64,000 bases of DNA from an uncultured Candidatus Saccharibacteria bacterium (GCA_964362865.1 CAYIGD010000002.1:4253-68252), one strand, 5' to 3'; counted from the first letter of the stretch, positions 17,446 to 28,570 are shown. Made by a program: numbers and translations. The notes: generated from the sequence alone by a model not told the origin.

Positions 17446-18425
17446 TGAATGTTGAGGATGTTAGTTGCCGGCCCGAGGGTTGTGTTGTTGAGGAAAAGGG
17501 TGGTGGGTGTGTCAATTTTTGCGCGACTAATATTAAGTAGGCCAGTTGGGGTTTCGTGGGCATCGGAGAAGATCCGGTCAAACTCGCCATAGTCTTTCAA
17601 AAGCTGTCCGGTTAGGGAAAATGTCTGAACGCTTGTTTTCAGATCGGTTACTTTGAAGGATACAAGCACTCGTTCGCCCGTTACCCGTAGCGCGCGTACC
17701 GGCTGTGTAAAAGTTTTTAAAACAATCGGATCAGCAGGCGTTGTGGGAACTCGCTTCAGCAGGTATTGGGAGTTGCTGGGCGCGATATAATAGACCGCAC
17801 TTGCGTCCCCCGACCACTGGGGGAAGAGAATGCCTTCCTGTTCTTGGGCAAGTATGGAGGGTCCACTGTTGCCGAGTGAGTTTTTCATAAGATCAAATGA
17901 CGCGCCCTGCGCGTTCTGATTAAATTGAACGGTAAGATATGCGCTTCGGTCGGAAGATACACTCGGTGGTTGCACAGAAGAAACCGATTCGGCAAGCACC
18001 GTTGCCTGCGCGCTCCCTGCTTTTGGAAAGAGCACTAAGTCGACAACAGCTCCCATAAGATCCGTATTTTCTCGAGCGCGAGTTGCAATGATGGAATCGG
18101 AGCTGGAATAGACCACTTCCAAATACCCGCTCCCAGGTCCACGGGTAATGATTTGGGAGTTTTTCTGTGTTAGATTATAGGCGATCACTTCGCCGGTCGG
18201 AGCCGAGAATGCGTAAATAATCTGCTCGACGGGCGTTTTCTCTGGCTCAGGACTACTGCTCGGTGAACTCTGGTTCTCTGGTGTTGGACTCGCGTTCGAT
18301 ATAATCACGCTTGAGCTTGTTTCGCTCGTCGGCTTTGTCGTATCGGCGCGTACGACCAAATACCCGAAGCTGGCCAAGGCAAGCATGAAAATCACGGTTG
18401 AGAATGTTTTTCGTGCGCGTTTCAT
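17442..18425 (-). CDS. Secreted/membrane-anchored hypothetical protein, possible TolB-like beta-propeller
   Basis: N-terminal signal (VVRA|D), Ser/Pro-rich linker, PSVSSD and PQWSGD repeat-like motifs. Confidence 0.65.
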   Translation of the reverse strand: MKRARKTFSTVIFMLALASFGYLVVRADTTKPTSETSSSVIISNASPTPENQSSPSSSPEPEKTPVEQIIYAFSAPTGEVIAYNLTQKNSQIITRGPGSGYLEVVYSSSDSIIATRARENTDLMGAVVDLVLFPKAGSAQATVLAESVSSVQPPSVSSDRSAYLTVQFNQNAQGASFDLMKNSLGNSGPSILAQEQEGILFPQWSGDASAVYYIAPSNSQYLLKRVPTTPADPIVLKTFTQPVRALRVTGERVLVSFKVTDLKTSVQTFSLTGQLLKDYGEFDRIFSDAHETPTGLLNISRAKIDTPTTLFLNNTTLGPATNILNIQ

Positions 18426-18426
18426 C

Positions 18427-19698
18427 TTACGAAAACGTATCGTACGTGCGCATCACGACTTGGGCCTTGAGTTGGCGGGTGGTTTCGATAATAACGGAAA
18501 CCAAAATAAGAATACTAGTCCCACCCAGCACCAGAGTCTGGACCTTCGTGAGTGACTGTACAATAAACGGCAGAACCGCAACCAGCGCGATAAATAACCC
18601 CCCCAAAGTGGTAATGCGGATTAAGCTCGTGCGCAGATACGTGGCAGTCTCGTTCCCGGGCCGGATGCCGGGGATGAACCCCCCCTGTTTTTGGAGATTT
18701 TCCGCCACCTGAGGGGGCTGGAAGACAACGAATGTATAGAAAAAAGTAAACGCAAAAACAAACACGAAATACAGGATTCCATATACGGTTTGATTTTCAA
18801 GCAATCGCGTGAGCGTGTTCGCGGCATTCGCAATCCATTCGGTTTTAGCTAGAGCAAAGAAGCGCGCGACTACGGTTGGGAAGATCAACATTGAAAGCGC
18901 AAAAATAATCGGGATTACGCCGGCGGAATTCACCTTGAGCGGAATATGGGTATTCACGCCCGCCCAACTGCGTTGCCCTCTTACTCGGCGGGCATACGTT
19001 ACCGGAATTTGGCGTTCGCCCTGCGTAATAAATACAATCGCGGCGACCGTTGCGATCCCGATTGCGGCAAACGCAACCAGGCCAAAAATTTTACCGGTAT
19101 CCACAACCGCCAATGTATTGCGTACTTGAGTTGGGAGGCCGGACACGATCCCGAGCGCGATTAACATCGAGATTCCATTGCCAATACCGTTTTCAGAAAT
19201 AATTTCTCCAAGCCACATTAAAAGCATGGTCGTGGCGGTCGTGACCGCGAGCATGGTTGCGATCTGGATTCCATCCCATTCTGGCAGGATCCCTTGCTGT
19301 CGGAATAAAAGCAATGTTCCGATCCCTTGTAAGATCGCCATCGGAACGGTTAGGAGCCGCGTGTATTGGGTGATTTTTTTGCGGCCAAACTCCCCTTCTT
19401 TCTGGAGCGCCTCGAGCGATGGGACCACGTAGGTCATCAGCTGCACGACAATCGATGCGGTAATATAGGGGCCGACTCCCATCAACATGATTGAGAAATT
19501 ACTGAGTGTCCCGCCCGAGAAGAGATCCAGTAATCCAAAAAGCTGGTTTTGGGAGAAAAATTGTGAAAGTTGGCGGATGTCCACGCCCGGCAAAGGAACG
19601 TGCGCAATAAAGCGGGTTAAAATAAGAATCCCGACCGTTATCAGGGCTTTGCGCCGCAGGTCAGGTAAGCGCCAGATTTTGACAAGGAAATTGAACAT
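18427..19698 (-). CDS. secY: Preprotein translocase subunit SecY
   Basis: GVGPYITASI, GIGNGIS, FIPGIRPG, GGTSILI. Confidence 0.98.
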   Translation of the reverse strand: MFNFLVKIWRLPDLRRKALITVGILILTRFIAHVPLPGVDIRQLSQFFSQNQLFGLLDLFSGGTLSNFSIMLMGVGPYITASIVVQLMTYVVPSLEALQKEGEFGRKKITQYTRLLTVPMAILQGIGTLLLFRQQGILPEWDGIQIATMLAVTTATTMLLMWLGEIISENGIGNGISMLIALGIVSGLPTQVRNTLAVVDTGKIFGLVAFAAIGIATVAAIVFITQGERQIPVTYARRVRGQRSWAGVNTHIPLKVNSAGVIPIIFALSMLIFPTVVARFFALAKTEWIANAANTLTRLLENQTVYGILYFVFVFAFTFFYTFVVFQPPQVAENLQKQGGFIPGIRPGNETATYLRTSLIRITTLGGLFIALVAVLPFIVQSLTKVQTLVLGGTSILILVSVIIETTRQLKAQVVMRTYDTFS

Positions 19699-19708
19699 AT
19701 ATCAAGAA

Positions 19709-20335
19709 TCAATTATACCCGAACAGAGTTTCGTTTACACTGGATGCGCTCTTTCTGCCAAACTCGGGAGCACGTTCGTAGCGGGGGTGTTGCGATCTAT
19801 ACGCAGTATTGAGTGCGATAATTTCAGATAGCTCTTTACGCTGCAGCTTATTTTTTGAAAACGGCGTACTCGGGTATCCCACCGCTAATAAAACAATCAC
19901 GCGCCCGCTATGGGGTATTCCGATCAGCTCGGCGATTGGTTTTTGTTTAAATCCGGCAATTTGATTAACGATTAAACCGCGCTCAAGCGCTGCGAGTGTG
20001 AACGCCATAACAGCCGCGCCTACATCGTATAAATAAAATAAGGTGTTGCCGATACGGTCGTCAAAAGCCGGATCTGACCAGACGGCAATCATAAGCGGTG
20101 CCTCTGCCCCCCATTCGTTTCCCGGATGAAGATTTTCATGAATTTTCGTGCGCACCGGTTTATCTCGGAGTATTACAAATCGCCACGGTTGTGTGTTGTG
20201 GGATGAGGGTGCCCATTGTGCGGCTTCAAAAAGTGCTTTCATGACAGATTTCAGCGGAATTCTTGTCAAAAAAAATCGTGAGCGAACCCTTTGCTTCAAA
20301 ATTGTGGGCAGCCCCAGGCGCGCTCGCACTCGCAT
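19709..20335 (-). CDS. Nitroreductase family protein
   Basis: R.RSRFF, AAQWAPSSHNTQPWRF, LAVGYP; start ATG 20335 just after the rplO stop. Confidence 0.9.
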   Translation of the reverse strand: MRVRARLGLPTILKQRVRSRFFLTRIPLKSVMKALFEAAQWAPSSHNTQPWRFVILRDKPVRTKIHENLHPGNEWGAEAPLMIAVWSDPAFDDRIGNTLFYLYDVGAAVMAFTLAALERGLIVNQIAGFKQKPIAELIGIPHSGRVIVLLAVGYPSTPFSKNKLQRKELSEIIALNTAYRSQHPRYERAPEFGRKSASSVNETLFGYN

Positions 20336-20339
20336 ACGT

Positions 20340-20750
20340 TTAGACCCGCTGCGCGTGCTTTTTAGTAAGTTTGATATGCTCTCCCAGTGTGAATCCGGTG
20401 GGAAGCGGTCCGCCAATCAGCTTCACTGCACTTACGCTTGTTTTAAGCAGGCCGGCTTGGCGTAATTTTTCGAGCGTAACTTGAGTAGGCTTTAATTTTT
20501 GGGTGAGCGCTTGGATCGTCACCGCAATCGGTTTTGTGCCTTGGCGCATCTGCCGCGAGAGTGAGCCGCGTTTTTTAGGGATTCTACGGATCAGGGGGGT
20601 TTGCCCGCCTTCAAACCGCGCAGATACCCTATATCGGGCTCTTTGACCTTTGGTACCTCGTCCGGCAGTTTTACCTTGCCCGGCTGCAATCCCCCGCCCG
20701 ACCCGGACCCTATTTTTTATTTGTCTTTTTGGAAGCTCGGTTAGATTCAT
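20340..20750 (-). CDS. rplO: 50S ribosomal protein L15
   Basis: [32 protein letters not shown]. Confidence 0.97.
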   Translation of the reverse strand: MNLTELPKRQIKNRVRVGRGIAAGQGKTAGRGTKGQRARYRVSARFEGGQTPLIRRIPKKRGSLSRQMRQGTKPIAVTIQALTQKLKPTQVTLEKLRQAGLLKTSVSAVKLIGGPLPTGFTLGEHIKLTKKHAQRV

Positions 20751-21276
20751 GTTTCTCTTCTTTCTGCTTTTGATTTTTAGCTTTCACGGTAACGCGTTGC
20801 GTTGGATTTTGATATGCGATGCGGGATTTTTCAGGTCGAAACGAAAGCAGCGCCTGTTGGGTGGCCCGAATCGTATTCAATTTATTTGAAGATCCCATAC
20901 TCTTCGTAATAATGTTTTTAATCCCGGCCACTTCCGCAATCGCCCGCACCGGGCCTCCCGCGATCACCGATGTTCCTGCTCTGGCGGGTTTTAACATGAC
21001 GGTCACGCCAGAAAAGAAACCAGTTGTCGGATGTGGGATTGTACCAGCGTGAAGCGGGATTGAAAACAGACTTCGCTTTGCTTGGGTAAAGGCTTTTTTT
21101 ACGGCAGCTTGCACTTCCGCCGCCTTTGCCACGCCGATCCCGACTGAACCTTGATGGTTACCAATCACAACGACGGCACGGAAACGGATCCGTCGACCGC
21201 CTTTTACGGTGCGAGCGACACGATTGATTTCGATCACTCGCTCTTCAAACTCTGGTTTTTCGGGTGAATCTTGCAT
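20710..21276 (-). CDS. rpsE: 30S ribosomal protein S5
   Basis: [23 protein letters not shown]; ATG 21276 with GGAG SD. Confidence 0.97.
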   Translation of the reverse strand: MQDSPEKPEFEERVIEINRVARTVKGGRRIRFRAVVVIGNHQGSVGIGVAKAAEVQAAVKKAFTQAKRSLFSIPLHAGTIPHPTTGFFSGVTVMLKPARAGTSVIAGGPVRAIAEVAGIKNIITKSMGSSNKLNTIRATQQALLSFRPEKSRIAYQNPTQRVTVKAKNQKQKEEKHESNRASKKTNKK

Positions 21277-21283
21277 TTTACTC

Positions 21284-21607
21284 CTATATCGTAAGGCCCG
21301 TGCTACGCGCCCCGTCGCAAATTCGTTGTACGTTGCCATGGTATGCGCGTGCTCCGCGGTCGAATACAACGCGTGTAATTTTTTTGGCAAGTGCTGCTTT
21401 ACCAATCGTCTCCCCAAGCTTAGTTGCCGCTTGGGCGGCTTCGCCTTTGGCGGGACGCACCAGTTGCGCGGCTAAGACCCGACCACCGTGATCGATTACT
21501 TGTGTATAGAAACTCCGGTTTGAAATTGTGACTACAAGGCGCGGGTAGAGCGCGGATTTAGCCCGCGCACGAACTTTTTGTTTTCGTCGAATACTTGAAA
21601 AACTCAT
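21284..21607 (-). CDS. rplR: 50S ribosomal protein L18
   Basis: PRLVV, VVFDRG..YHG. Confidence 0.93.
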   Translation of the reverse strand: MSFSSIRRKQKVRARAKSALYPRLVVTISNRSFYTQVIDHGGRVLAAQLVRPAKGEAAQAATKLGETIGKAALAKKITRVVFDRGARAYHGNVQRICDGARSTGLTI

Positions 21608-22161
21608 TACGCTCCTTTAGTCGCGGCACCTTTGCCTGCTTTTCCGGGTTTCAGGATAACACGTTCGTTGGAATAGCGGAGCCCTTTGCCTTTGTACGGC
21701 TCCACGGGACGCAAGCGCCGAATGCTTGCCGCTACCTCGCCCACTTTCTGCTTATCAATGCCAGAAATTACAATCGTATTCTTTTCCATTTTAAGCGTGA
21801 CCCCTTCGGGTGGGGAGTAATGTACAGGATGAGAAAAGCCGAGGTTCAGTGACAGGGTAACGCCCTCGAGTGTTGCCCGCATTCCAACCCCTTTGATTTC
21901 AATCCGGCGAACATACCCGTCTTTAACCCCGATGGCCGCGTTGGAAATAAGTCGTTGCCAGAGGCCATGCTGCGCTTTTGCGGTCCGCGTGTCGTCTTTG
22001 CGATTCACAACGATTTCTGACTCCGTTATGCTCGGCACGATTGTGCTCGTTGGGGAAAGCGTAATCGTTCCCAAAGGACCGCTCAGAGATAGCTCGTTAC
22101 CCAGAAGCTGGGCGTGTACGCCCTCAGGGAGTTTGATTGGAATTTTTCCGAGTCGTGACAT
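21607..22161 (-). CDS. rplF: 50S ribosomal protein L6
   Basis: MSRLGKIPI, LGFSHP, EPYKGKG. Confidence 0.98.
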   Translation of the reverse strand: MSRLGKIPIKLPEGVHAQLLGNELSLSGPLGTITLSPTSTIVPSITESEIVVNRKDDTRTAKAQHGLWQRLISNAAIGVKDGYVRRIEIKGVGMRATLEGVTLSLNLGFSHPVHYSPPEGVTLKMEKNTIVISGIDKQKVGEVAASIRRLRPVEPYKGKGLRYSNERVILKPGKAGKGAATKGA

Positions 22162-22171
22162 TTAACCTTCT

Positions 22172-22567
22172 TTAAGAGACTTCACACAACAGTTCGCCGC
22201 CCAGTCCTTTGGAGCGCGCTGTTTCTCCAGCCATCACTCCTTTCGGAGTGGAAATGACGATTAACCCATATCCACCGAGCGGAATCGGGATCTGAGTTGC
22301 TTTCGCGTAGCGACGTAAACCCGGTCGACTAAGGCGTTTTATTGCTCTCAAAACCGGTTTTCTTGTTCCGCCGAGCAACCCCACTTTGAGTAATCCGGGT
22401 TTATCTTTGGGTTTTAATTCTTCGATTTCAAATACATACCCTGCGTCTTTCAAGATTTTCAGAATCGCGGCACTGAGTTTGCTTTTAGGTACGCTCACAA
22501 ACTCTGCCCGCCGGGCAGTGCCGTTTCTAAGCGTGGTTAACATTGCACCAATTGGATCGCTTGTCAT
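22172..22567 (-). CDS. rpsH: 30S ribosomal protein S8
   Basis: [27 protein letters not shown]. Confidence 0.96.
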   Translation of the reverse strand: MTSDPIGAMLTTLRNGTARRAEFVSVPKSKLSAAILKILKDAGYVFEIEELKPKDKPGLLKVGLLGGTRKPVLRAIKRLSRPGLRRYAKATQIPIPLGGYGLIVISTPKGVMAGETARSKGLGGELLCEVS

Positions 22568-22572
22568 AATTC

Positions 22573-22758
22573 CTACCAACTCGCTTTCGTTACTCCCGGA
22601 ATTTCACCCCGAGAGGCGTGCTCTCGAAAACAGATTCGGCACATGCCGAACATGCGCATATATCCGCGCCCTCTTCCACAAATATTGCAGCGCCGGATGG
22701 TGCGACTTGTGTACTTCGGTTTTCTTTTTGCTTTTTCAATCAGAGATTTTTTTGCCAT
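22573..22758 (-). CDS. rpsN: 30S ribosomal protein S14 (Zn-binding type Z)
   Basis: RCNICGR...MCRICFRE...GVTKASW. Confidence 0.97.
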   Translation of the reverse strand: MAKKSLIEKAKRKPKYTSRTIRRCNICGRGRGYMRMFGMCRICFREHASRGEIPGVTKASW

Positions 22759-22766
22759 AATTTTCC

Positions 22767-23303
22767 TTACTCATGTGTACGAAACGGGATCCCCAGGGCC
22801 TTGATGACGGCCTCACCCTCATGGCGTGTTTTAGCACTCGTTGCGATTGCGATCGACAAGCCGTGAGTTTCTTGTACTTGCTCGGCGGCAATTTCCGGTA
22901 ATGTCGTTTGTTCTGTAAATGCGATCGTAATTGCTCCGGTATCGGAAATGCTTGATTGCTTGAACCCGCGAAAATCACGGATTCGCGGAAGGCCGATTGC
23001 CACAAGTTTTTTCAGAAAATCCCACATTCGTGTGCCCCGTAACGTCACCATGTAGCCCACTTCATCTCCGGCACGGACTTTGAAGCCCGCGATCGCTTTA
23101 CGGGCCCGCGTGCTTATTGGTTTCTGGCCAGTGATCAGTGTCAGAGTTTTTTGGACCTCATCCGTAAATCGTTTGTTTGCACGCATTTTGCCGATCCCGA
23201 CAGATACGACTACTTTTTTAATGCGCGTTCCTGCGTGCGGGTTGCGATTCACAATCAGCTCCCCCAACTTGCGTGTAAATTCTTTTTGCGCGAGATTAGT
23301 CAT
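22767..23303 (-). CDS. rplE: 50S ribosomal protein L5
   Basis: [23 protein letters not shown]. Confidence 0.97.
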   Translation of the reverse strand: MTNLAQKEFTRKLGELIVNRNPHAGTRIKKVVVSVGIGKMRANKRFTDEVQKTLTLITGQKPISTRARKAIAGFKVRAGDEVGYMVTLRGTRMWDFLKKLVAIGLPRIRDFRGFKQSSISDTGAITIAFTEQTTLPEIAAEQVQETHGLSIAIATSAKTRHEGEAVIKALGIPFRTHE

Positions 23304-23607
23304 ACAGGGCTTCTTTGCATTTAGCGCAAATCCGCGTCCGTCCACCTGCATGAATTTTCACGTGCGCACGCGTTGGGCGGGAGCAGCGTGGGCAGACAAG
23401 CATAAGATTTGAAACGTGTAGCGAGGCTGCTTTATCAATTATTCCACCTTGTGGATGCGATCGGCCGGGCTTCAAGTGGATTTTTGCAATATTAAGGCCA
23501 CCCACAATCGCCCGTGACGTTTGGCGGTTGATTTGTTCCACTTTTCCGACCTTTGTGCGGTCTTTTCCGGTTCGAATTGTAACTGTGTCACCAACTTTAA
23601 AATGCAT
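23296..23607 (-). CDS. rplX: 50S ribosomal protein L24
   Basis: KVGDTV..RTGKD KOW motif, GGII, HVSNL. Confidence 0.95.
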   Translation of the reverse strand: MHFKVGDTVTIRTGKDRTKVGKVEQINRQTSRAIVGGLNIAKIHLKPGRSHPQGGIIDKAASLHVSNLMLVCPRCSRPTRAHVKIHAGGRTRICAKCKEALYD

Positions 23608-23612
23608 ATGTC

Positions 23613-23981
23613 CTACCATACCTCTGGCGCTAGAGAGAGAATCTTTGTATATCCGCGCTCGCGCAACTCGCGCGCGACCGGTCCGAAAACACGGGTCCCA
23701 CGGGGCGTTCCATCGGGCTGAATCATCACCACCGCGTTATCGTCAAAGCGAATCGTTGACCCATCCCGCCGCTTAAACGGTTTTTTCTGGCGGACTACAA
23801 CCGCATGCGCTACTTCTTTGGATTTTACTCCAGCATTTGGTAACGCGGATTTGACCGTCACGACAACCCGATCGCCGAGCTGGGCCGCAGAGCGGGGGGC
23901 GCCGCGTGAAACATGAATGCAGACAACCCTCTTAGCCCCGGAGTTATCCGCAACAACAAGATGGGATTGAGGCTGGATCAT
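23613..23981 (-). CDS. rplN: 50S ribosomal protein L14
   Basis: [27 protein letters not shown]. Confidence 0.98.
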   Translation of the reverse strand: MIQPQSHLVVADNSGAKRVVCIHVSRGAPRSAAQLGDRVVVTVKSALPNAGVKSKEVAHAVVVRQKKPFKRRDGSTIRFDDNAVVMIQPDGTPRGTRVFGPVARELRERGYTKILSLAPEVW

Positions 23982-24220
23982 GAGCGCTCCTTAGCCTTCG
24001 TGACAACTTTCCATGCTACCAGACGAGATCGACGCGCAGTAGCTTCGATTGTCACATTTTCTCCGATCCCAAATGTTCCCTTTTCTACGTGTGCGAGGTA
24101 GCGGCGGGAAACGATTCGACGTTTTCGGTATAAAGGATGAATAATTGATCGCTCAACAGCGATTTTTACCGTTGAGTCCCCGATCAAGCCCACGATTACT
24201 CCTTTTTTACGCTGTAACAT
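23978..24220 (-). CDS. rpsQ: 30S ribosomal protein S17
   Basis: HPLYRK, YLAH; operon position. Confidence 0.9.
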   Translation of the reverse strand: MLQRKKGVIVGLIGDSTVKIAVERSIIHPLYRKRRIVSRRYLAHVEKGTFGIGENVTIEATARRSRLVAWKVVTKAKERS

Positions 24221-24416
24221 TAGATTTCTCCCTTAAAATCGTCCAGGTACGAGCCAATTTCTTGCGCAGCGCGCGTACTTTTTTTGTATTCTTTTGCTTA
24301 CCGAGGCCGATTTCGTGGATTGTTTTTATAATTTCAGATCTTGTGGTCACAATCACTTCCCCCAATGCTTGCAAAGGGATTTCTCGGATTTTTTTTAGCT
24401 CGTCACGGGTTTTCAT
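24207..24416 (-). CDS. rpmC: 50S ribosomal protein L29
   Basis: [12 protein letters not shown]; located between rplP and rpsQ. Confidence 0.87.
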   Translation of the reverse strand: MKTRDELKKIREIPLQALGEVIVTTRSEIIKTIHEIGLGKQKNTKKVRALRKKLARTWTILREKSNVTA

Positions 24417-24826
24417 CGATTATCTTTCACGAGGAACGTTGTTTTTACCATGAGCTTATGGGCTGCAAGTCGCATCGCCTCTTTGGCTACTGGCTCAGAT
24501 ACACCGTCCATCTCAAACAGTATCCGTCCTGGCCGTACTCGTGCGACAAAGTGGTCGAGCCCGCCCTTTCCGCCACCCATGCCAGTTTCTGCGGGTTGGC
24601 TCGTAACCGGCGTGTGAGGGAAAATTCGAATCCAAATCTCGCCTCCGCGTTTGACATAACGAGTCATTGCTCGGCGGGCCGCCTCGATTTGACGCGCGCT
24701 CAGGCGCCCTCTTTCAATCGCTTTTAAGCCATATTTGCCGAACGCTAGGTCTACTCCGCGTGAAGCGTTTCCGGGTAAAACACCGCGGAAAACCTTCCGA
24801 TGTTTTAATTTACGCGGCATGAGCAT
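24413..24826 (-). CDS. rplP: 50S ribosomal protein L16
   Basis: [25 protein letters not shown]. Confidence 0.97.
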   Translation of the reverse strand: MLMPRKLKHRKVFRGVLPGNASRGVDLAFGKYGLKAIERGRLSARQIEAARRAMTRYVKRGGEIWIRIFPHTPVTSQPAETGMGGGKGGLDHFVARVRPGRILFEMDGVSEPVAKEAMRLAAHKLMVKTTFLVKDNR

Positions 24827-25481
24827 GGATACTCTCCTCGCTATATTGGCCGCGATGAATCCAGACCTTAACTCCAATGACGCCATAGGTCGTACGGGCG
24901 TGCTCGACAGCAAAATCAATATCGGCCCTAAAGCTCGATAGCGGTAAAGTGCCGATCGTTACAGTTTGGGTACGGGCGATTTCGACCCCGCCCAGTCTTC
25001 CTGAAAGTTGGATTCGAACACCTTTTGCGCCGGCGCTCATGACTTTTTCACTTGCTAAGCGCATCGCACGTTTATACGCGATTCTCTTTTTAAGCTGATT
25101 GGAAATATTTTGGGCGACTAAGCTTGCGTGTAGGTCCGGTTTTTTGATTTCAAGAATATTAATTTTACATTTCACTAACGCGCCCGCAGTGCGTGTTAGG
25201 TGTGCTTCAATTTTAGTTCTCAGTGCGATAATTTCCTGCCCACTGCGGCCAATGAGCAAACCTGGTTTGGAGGTTGAAAGCGTGAGGGTAATGTCGGCTG
25301 GTCCACGTTCAATCTCCACGAGCGCAATCCCGGCGTTAGTGGAAAAGTGGGCACGGATGAAGCGTCGAATCTCCAGATCCTGTAGGAGGTTGCGCGTATA
25401 ATTGCGACCACTGAACCAGCGGCTGCGCCAGGCGCGCGTTAAAAGTGTACGCATTGCAATCGGATTTACTTTTTGGCCCAT
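24810..25481 (-). CDS. rpsC: 30S ribosomal protein S3
   Basis: [34 protein letters not shown]. Confidence 0.98.
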   Translation of the reverse strand: MGQKVNPIAMRTLLTRAWRSRWFSGRNYTRNLLQDLEIRRFIRAHFSTNAGIALVEIERGPADITLTLSTSKPGLLIGRSGQEIIALRTKIEAHLTRTAGALVKCKINILEIKKPDLHASLVAQNISNQLKKRIAYKRAMRLASEKVMSAGAKGVRIQLSGRLGGVEIARTQTVTIGTLPLSSFRADIDFAVEHARTTYGVIGVKVWIHRGQYSEESIHAHAA

Positions 25482-25831
25482 CGCGTTCCTTTTGGTTTTG
25501 GCTCACTCTCGTCGCTGAGCTCAATGTGGATGTGACTCATTTTTTTCATCATCGGTGCACTGCGCCCGCGTGAGTGGAGAATGCGCCGCTTGAGGGCTGG
25601 TCCCTCATCTACTCGGGCAATCACGCGTGCTTTTTCAATATCCATTTCCCGATCTTTTGCAAGCGCTGTGGCAGCCTTAAGCGTCTTGAGCAGTATAAGC
25701 GCCGCGTGATTGGGAATAAAGGTCAGGCGATCCAAAGCCTCCTGAGCGCGCACGCCCCGGATCGTTGTCGCGATTAAACGAACTTTGCGCGGCGCAATCC
25801 GTTGAAATCGAGAAACAGTGTGCACTTTCAT
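25466..25831 (-). CDS. rplV: 50S ribosomal protein L22
   Basis: [23 protein letters not shown]. Confidence 0.96.
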   Translation of the reverse strand: MKVHTVSRFQRIAPRKVRLIATTIRGVRAQEALDRLTFIPNHAALILLKTLKAATALAKDREMDIEKARVIARVDEGPALKRRILHSRGRSAPMMKKMSHIHIELSDESEPKPKGTRWAKK

Positions 25832-26109
25832 GAATTCACCTGTCGCTTTTCTTGCTCGCGGGCCATTTTCCCTCCATGTCGGCGAAACGTGCGCGTGCTT
25901 GCAAATTCTCCAAGTCGATGGCCAACCATGTCTTCCGTGATCTTGACAGGAATGAAGATTTTACCGTTGTGGACCGCGAACTGCACCCCGATCATTTCCG
26001 GTGTAATAACACTTGCCCTCGCCCAGGTTTTAATCGGTCCATTTCCAGCGGTTATTTTTTTCAATAATCGCTGGTCTATGTATGGCCCTTTTTTTAGTGA
26101 ACGTGACAT
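25828..26109 (-). CDS. rpsS: 30S ribosomal protein S19
   Basis: [18 protein letters not shown]. Confidence 0.98.
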   Translation of the reverse strand: MSRSLKKGPYIDQRLLKKITAGNGPIKTWARASVITPEMIGVQFAVHNGKIFIPVKITEDMVGHRLGEFASTRTFRRHGGKMAREQEKRQVNS

Positions 26110-26111
26110 AT

Positions 26112-26936
26112 CTATTTCCTTTTTCGCACGATTAACTGTGCCAGGGGGTTGCGCCGACGAGTTTTAAAGCCAAGCGCCGGTTTGCCCCACGGGGTTTTGG
26201 GGTGTTTCAATCCGATTGGGCTATTACCTTCACCTCCACCGTGAGGATGAGCGGCTGGGTACATTGCTTTTCCGCGCACAGTCGGACGCTTCCCCATCCA
26301 GCGCCCCCTCCCGGCTTTGCCGATTCTGATCGTCGAATGGGATAGATTACCGATTTTTCCGATCGATGCATGCGAACGAAGCTGGATTTTGCGGATTTCT
26401 CCAGATGGAAAACGCACTTGCGCATAGTCGCCTTCTTTGGAAACGATTACCGCGGCTGCCCCGGCAGATTGCGCAACCCGGACTCCTCCTTGGGGAAAGA
26501 GTTCCACACTATGAATTTCAATTCCGCTTGGAATCGCGTTTAGGCTCATTCGATTTCCAACTGAGATTTCTGCTTTTTCGTTCGATTCAATGATGTGCCC
26601 CACTTGTAAACCATCCGGCGCGAGGATATAAATCATCTTCCCGCTTTCGGCTTTTACCAACGCAATCCGCGCGCTACGATTCGGGTCATATTCGATTGTC
26701 GTAACTGTTCCGGTGTGCCGACCGAGTTGTTCAAGGGTGGAGATAATTCGAAATCGACGTCGTACCCCACCACCTCGGTGGCGGATCGAAATTGTACCCG
26801 ATTGATCGCGGCCAGAATGCACTCTGAGCGCCCTTGTCAGACTTTTGAGCGGTGTGCGCTTCGTGAGCTCCTTAAAATCAGGGTACGTGATGGCTCGAGA
26901 ACCGGCAGCATTTGGTTTAACTGTGCGTAAAGCCAT
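26112..26936 (-). CDS. rplB: 50S ribosomal protein L2
   Basis: [20 protein letters not shown]. Confidence 0.98.
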   Translation of the reverse strand: MALRTVKPNAAGSRAITYPDFKELTKRTPLKSLTRALRVHSGRDQSGTISIRHRGGGVRRRFRIISTLEQLGRHTGTVTTIEYDPNRSARIALVKAESGKMIYILAPDGLQVGHIIESNEKAEISVGNRMSLNAIPSGIEIHSVELFPQGGVRVAQSAGAAAVIVSKEGDYAQVRFPSGEIRKIQLRSHASIGKIGNLSHSTIRIGKAGRGRWMGKRPTVRGKAMYPAAHPHGGGEGNSPIGLKHPKTPWGKPALGFKTRRRNPLAQLIVRKRK

Positions 26937-27304
26937 TACTTCTCCGTATCCTTGCCTTTATCTGGACGGTCATTTGTGGTGCTGTTTTTTAATTTCTTTT
27001 TTTCGTTTTTTTCGCGCGATTCATGTCCCGCGGGGGATGAAAATTCAAATCCGGGAATTGTCATTCCCTTTTTTAAGTGGATGTAGGCAAACTTAACCGC
27101 GGAAACCGCCCCCTTGATTCGCTTGAAACGTCGGGCTTTTGGTTTTCTCGTGGAGGTCGTAATTTTAGTAACCACTACATCAAAAAGTTTACTAATCGTC
27201 CGTACAATTTCAGGTTTGCTCCTCGAAAGAGGAACCGCGAACGTGTAGATTGCAGTTCCTGCGCGGTGTAATGATTTTTCCGTTAAGTGCGGTCTCAGTT
27301 TCAT
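26936..27304 (-). CDS. rplW: 50S ribosomal protein L23
   Basis: PHLTEKS, YTFAV, KPEI; charged C-terminal tail. Confidence 0.9.
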   Translation of the reverse strand: MKLRPHLTEKSLHRAGTAIYTFAVPLSRSKPEIVRTISKLFDVVVTKITTSTRKPKARRFKRIKGAVSAVKFAYIHLKKGMTIPGFEFSSPAGHESREKNEKKKLKNSTTNDRPDKGKDTEK

Positions 27305-27951
27305 AGCGTTTTCCTCTTGAGCGCAAGGCGCTTCTCAAGTTGAGGGAGGGCGTTTTTAGTAATTACGACCCAGTTATGCGTGAGGACATCCAAGGCGTTC
27401 ACTTCGGCAACCGTGCGGCATGTAGTGAAAGCTAGATTCCGGGTTGCCCTCAGCATCATTGGGTCTGGTGTAATATCAATAAAAAGGATTGAGCCCTCAT
27501 CAATCGGCAAACTTGCAAGTGCCGCAAGGGCTTCTTTTGTTCGAGGTGCGTTCAATGTTAGTGCGTTTACGACAATCACTTTTTTTTCTTTCGTGTGATC
27601 CGTTAATGCGCCGATAAGCGCTCTGCGACGCAGCGTCGGCGAAATCTTTTGCGCATCAGCGGAATTTGTACGCGGCCCAAATGTGATCCCGCCACCTTTC
27701 CAAAGTGGAGAGCGAATCGAGCCGGCACGGGCTCGTCCGGTTCCTTTTTGACGCCATGGTTTTCGCCCTCCGCCTGAAACCTCGGCGCGCGTTTTAGTAT
27801 GGGCGGTGTTCTGCTTGAGACGGGCTCCATACATTACGACCACCTGTTTGGTTAATTCCGGGTTGGCCGAAGCGTGAAACACAGTTTTAGGTAACGTTTC
27901 CGCGCCTAATTTCACAAGCGTAAACGCGCTGCGTGTTCCGGTACTACTCAT
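27301..27951 (-). CDS. rplD: 50S ribosomal protein L4
   Basis: TKTRAEVSGGGRKPWRQKGTGRARAGS. Confidence 0.97.
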   Translation of the reverse strand: MSSTGTRSAFTLVKLGAETLPKTVFHASANPELTKQVVVMYGARLKQNTAHTKTRAEVSGGGRKPWRQKGTGRARAGSIRSPLWKGGGITFGPRTNSADAQKISPTLRRRALIGALTDHTKEKKVIVVNALTLNAPRTKEALAALASLPIDEGSILFIDITPDPMMLRATRNLAFTTCRTVAEVNALDVLTHNWVVITKNALPQLEKRLALKRKTL

Positions 27952-28570
27952 CGCTTCCTCGTGCGGGTTCGATCTCAAGCGTTATCCATGTGCCGCGTGG
28001 ACCCGGAAGAGGGCCTTTAAGCAAAATCGTCGGAGGATTCGTAGTATCTTGTACGGCGATAACTTCGCGTTCGTGGAGCGTAATCTGCGTATGGCCGAGG
28101 TGGCCGGGAAGGCGTCGTCCGCGCACAACGCGTTGTGGGAACGCGGAACCGATCGAGCCCGGAGCGCGATGATGATCCGATCCATGCGTTTGGGGCCCTC
28201 GGTGAAAACCGTGCCGTTTGATAACCCCGGCAAAACCCTTCCCTTTTGAGATCCCCTGTATCCTTACCCGGTCGCCTACTTTGAATTGAGTGGGCGTAAG
28301 TTTAGTACCGACTTCAAGGAGTGTTTTAATCTTAAATTCTTTAAGAATCCGGGTTTTCGCGCCCGATTTTTTCAGATGACCCCTGAGCGGCTTCGAGTTG
28401 TTTTTTGTATTTCCCGCGCCGATCTGCGCTGCCCGATAGCCATCTTTTTCCAGTGTTTTTACTTGAGTAACCGTATTTTCAGGTACGCTCAAAACAGTCA
28501 CGGGAATTTCTCGTCCCGAGCTCGTAAAGATACGTGTCATGCCAATTTTTTGAACTAGTAAATAACTCAT
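27944..28570 (-). CDS. rplC: 50S ribosomal protein L3
   Basis: KIGMTRIF, SKGKGFAGVIKRH, HRAPGSIG; ATG 28570 with GGAG. Confidence 0.97.
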   Translation of the reverse strand: MSYLLVQKIGMTRIFTSSGREIPVTVLSVPENTVTQVKTLEKDGYRAAQIGAGNTKNNSKPLRGHLKKSGAKTRILKEFKIKTLLEVGTKLTPTQFKVGDRVRIQGISKGKGFAGVIKRHGFHRGPQTHGSDHHRAPGSIGSAFPQRVVRGRRLPGHLGHTQITLHEREVIAVQDTTNPPTILLKGPLPGPRGTWITLEIEPARGSDE

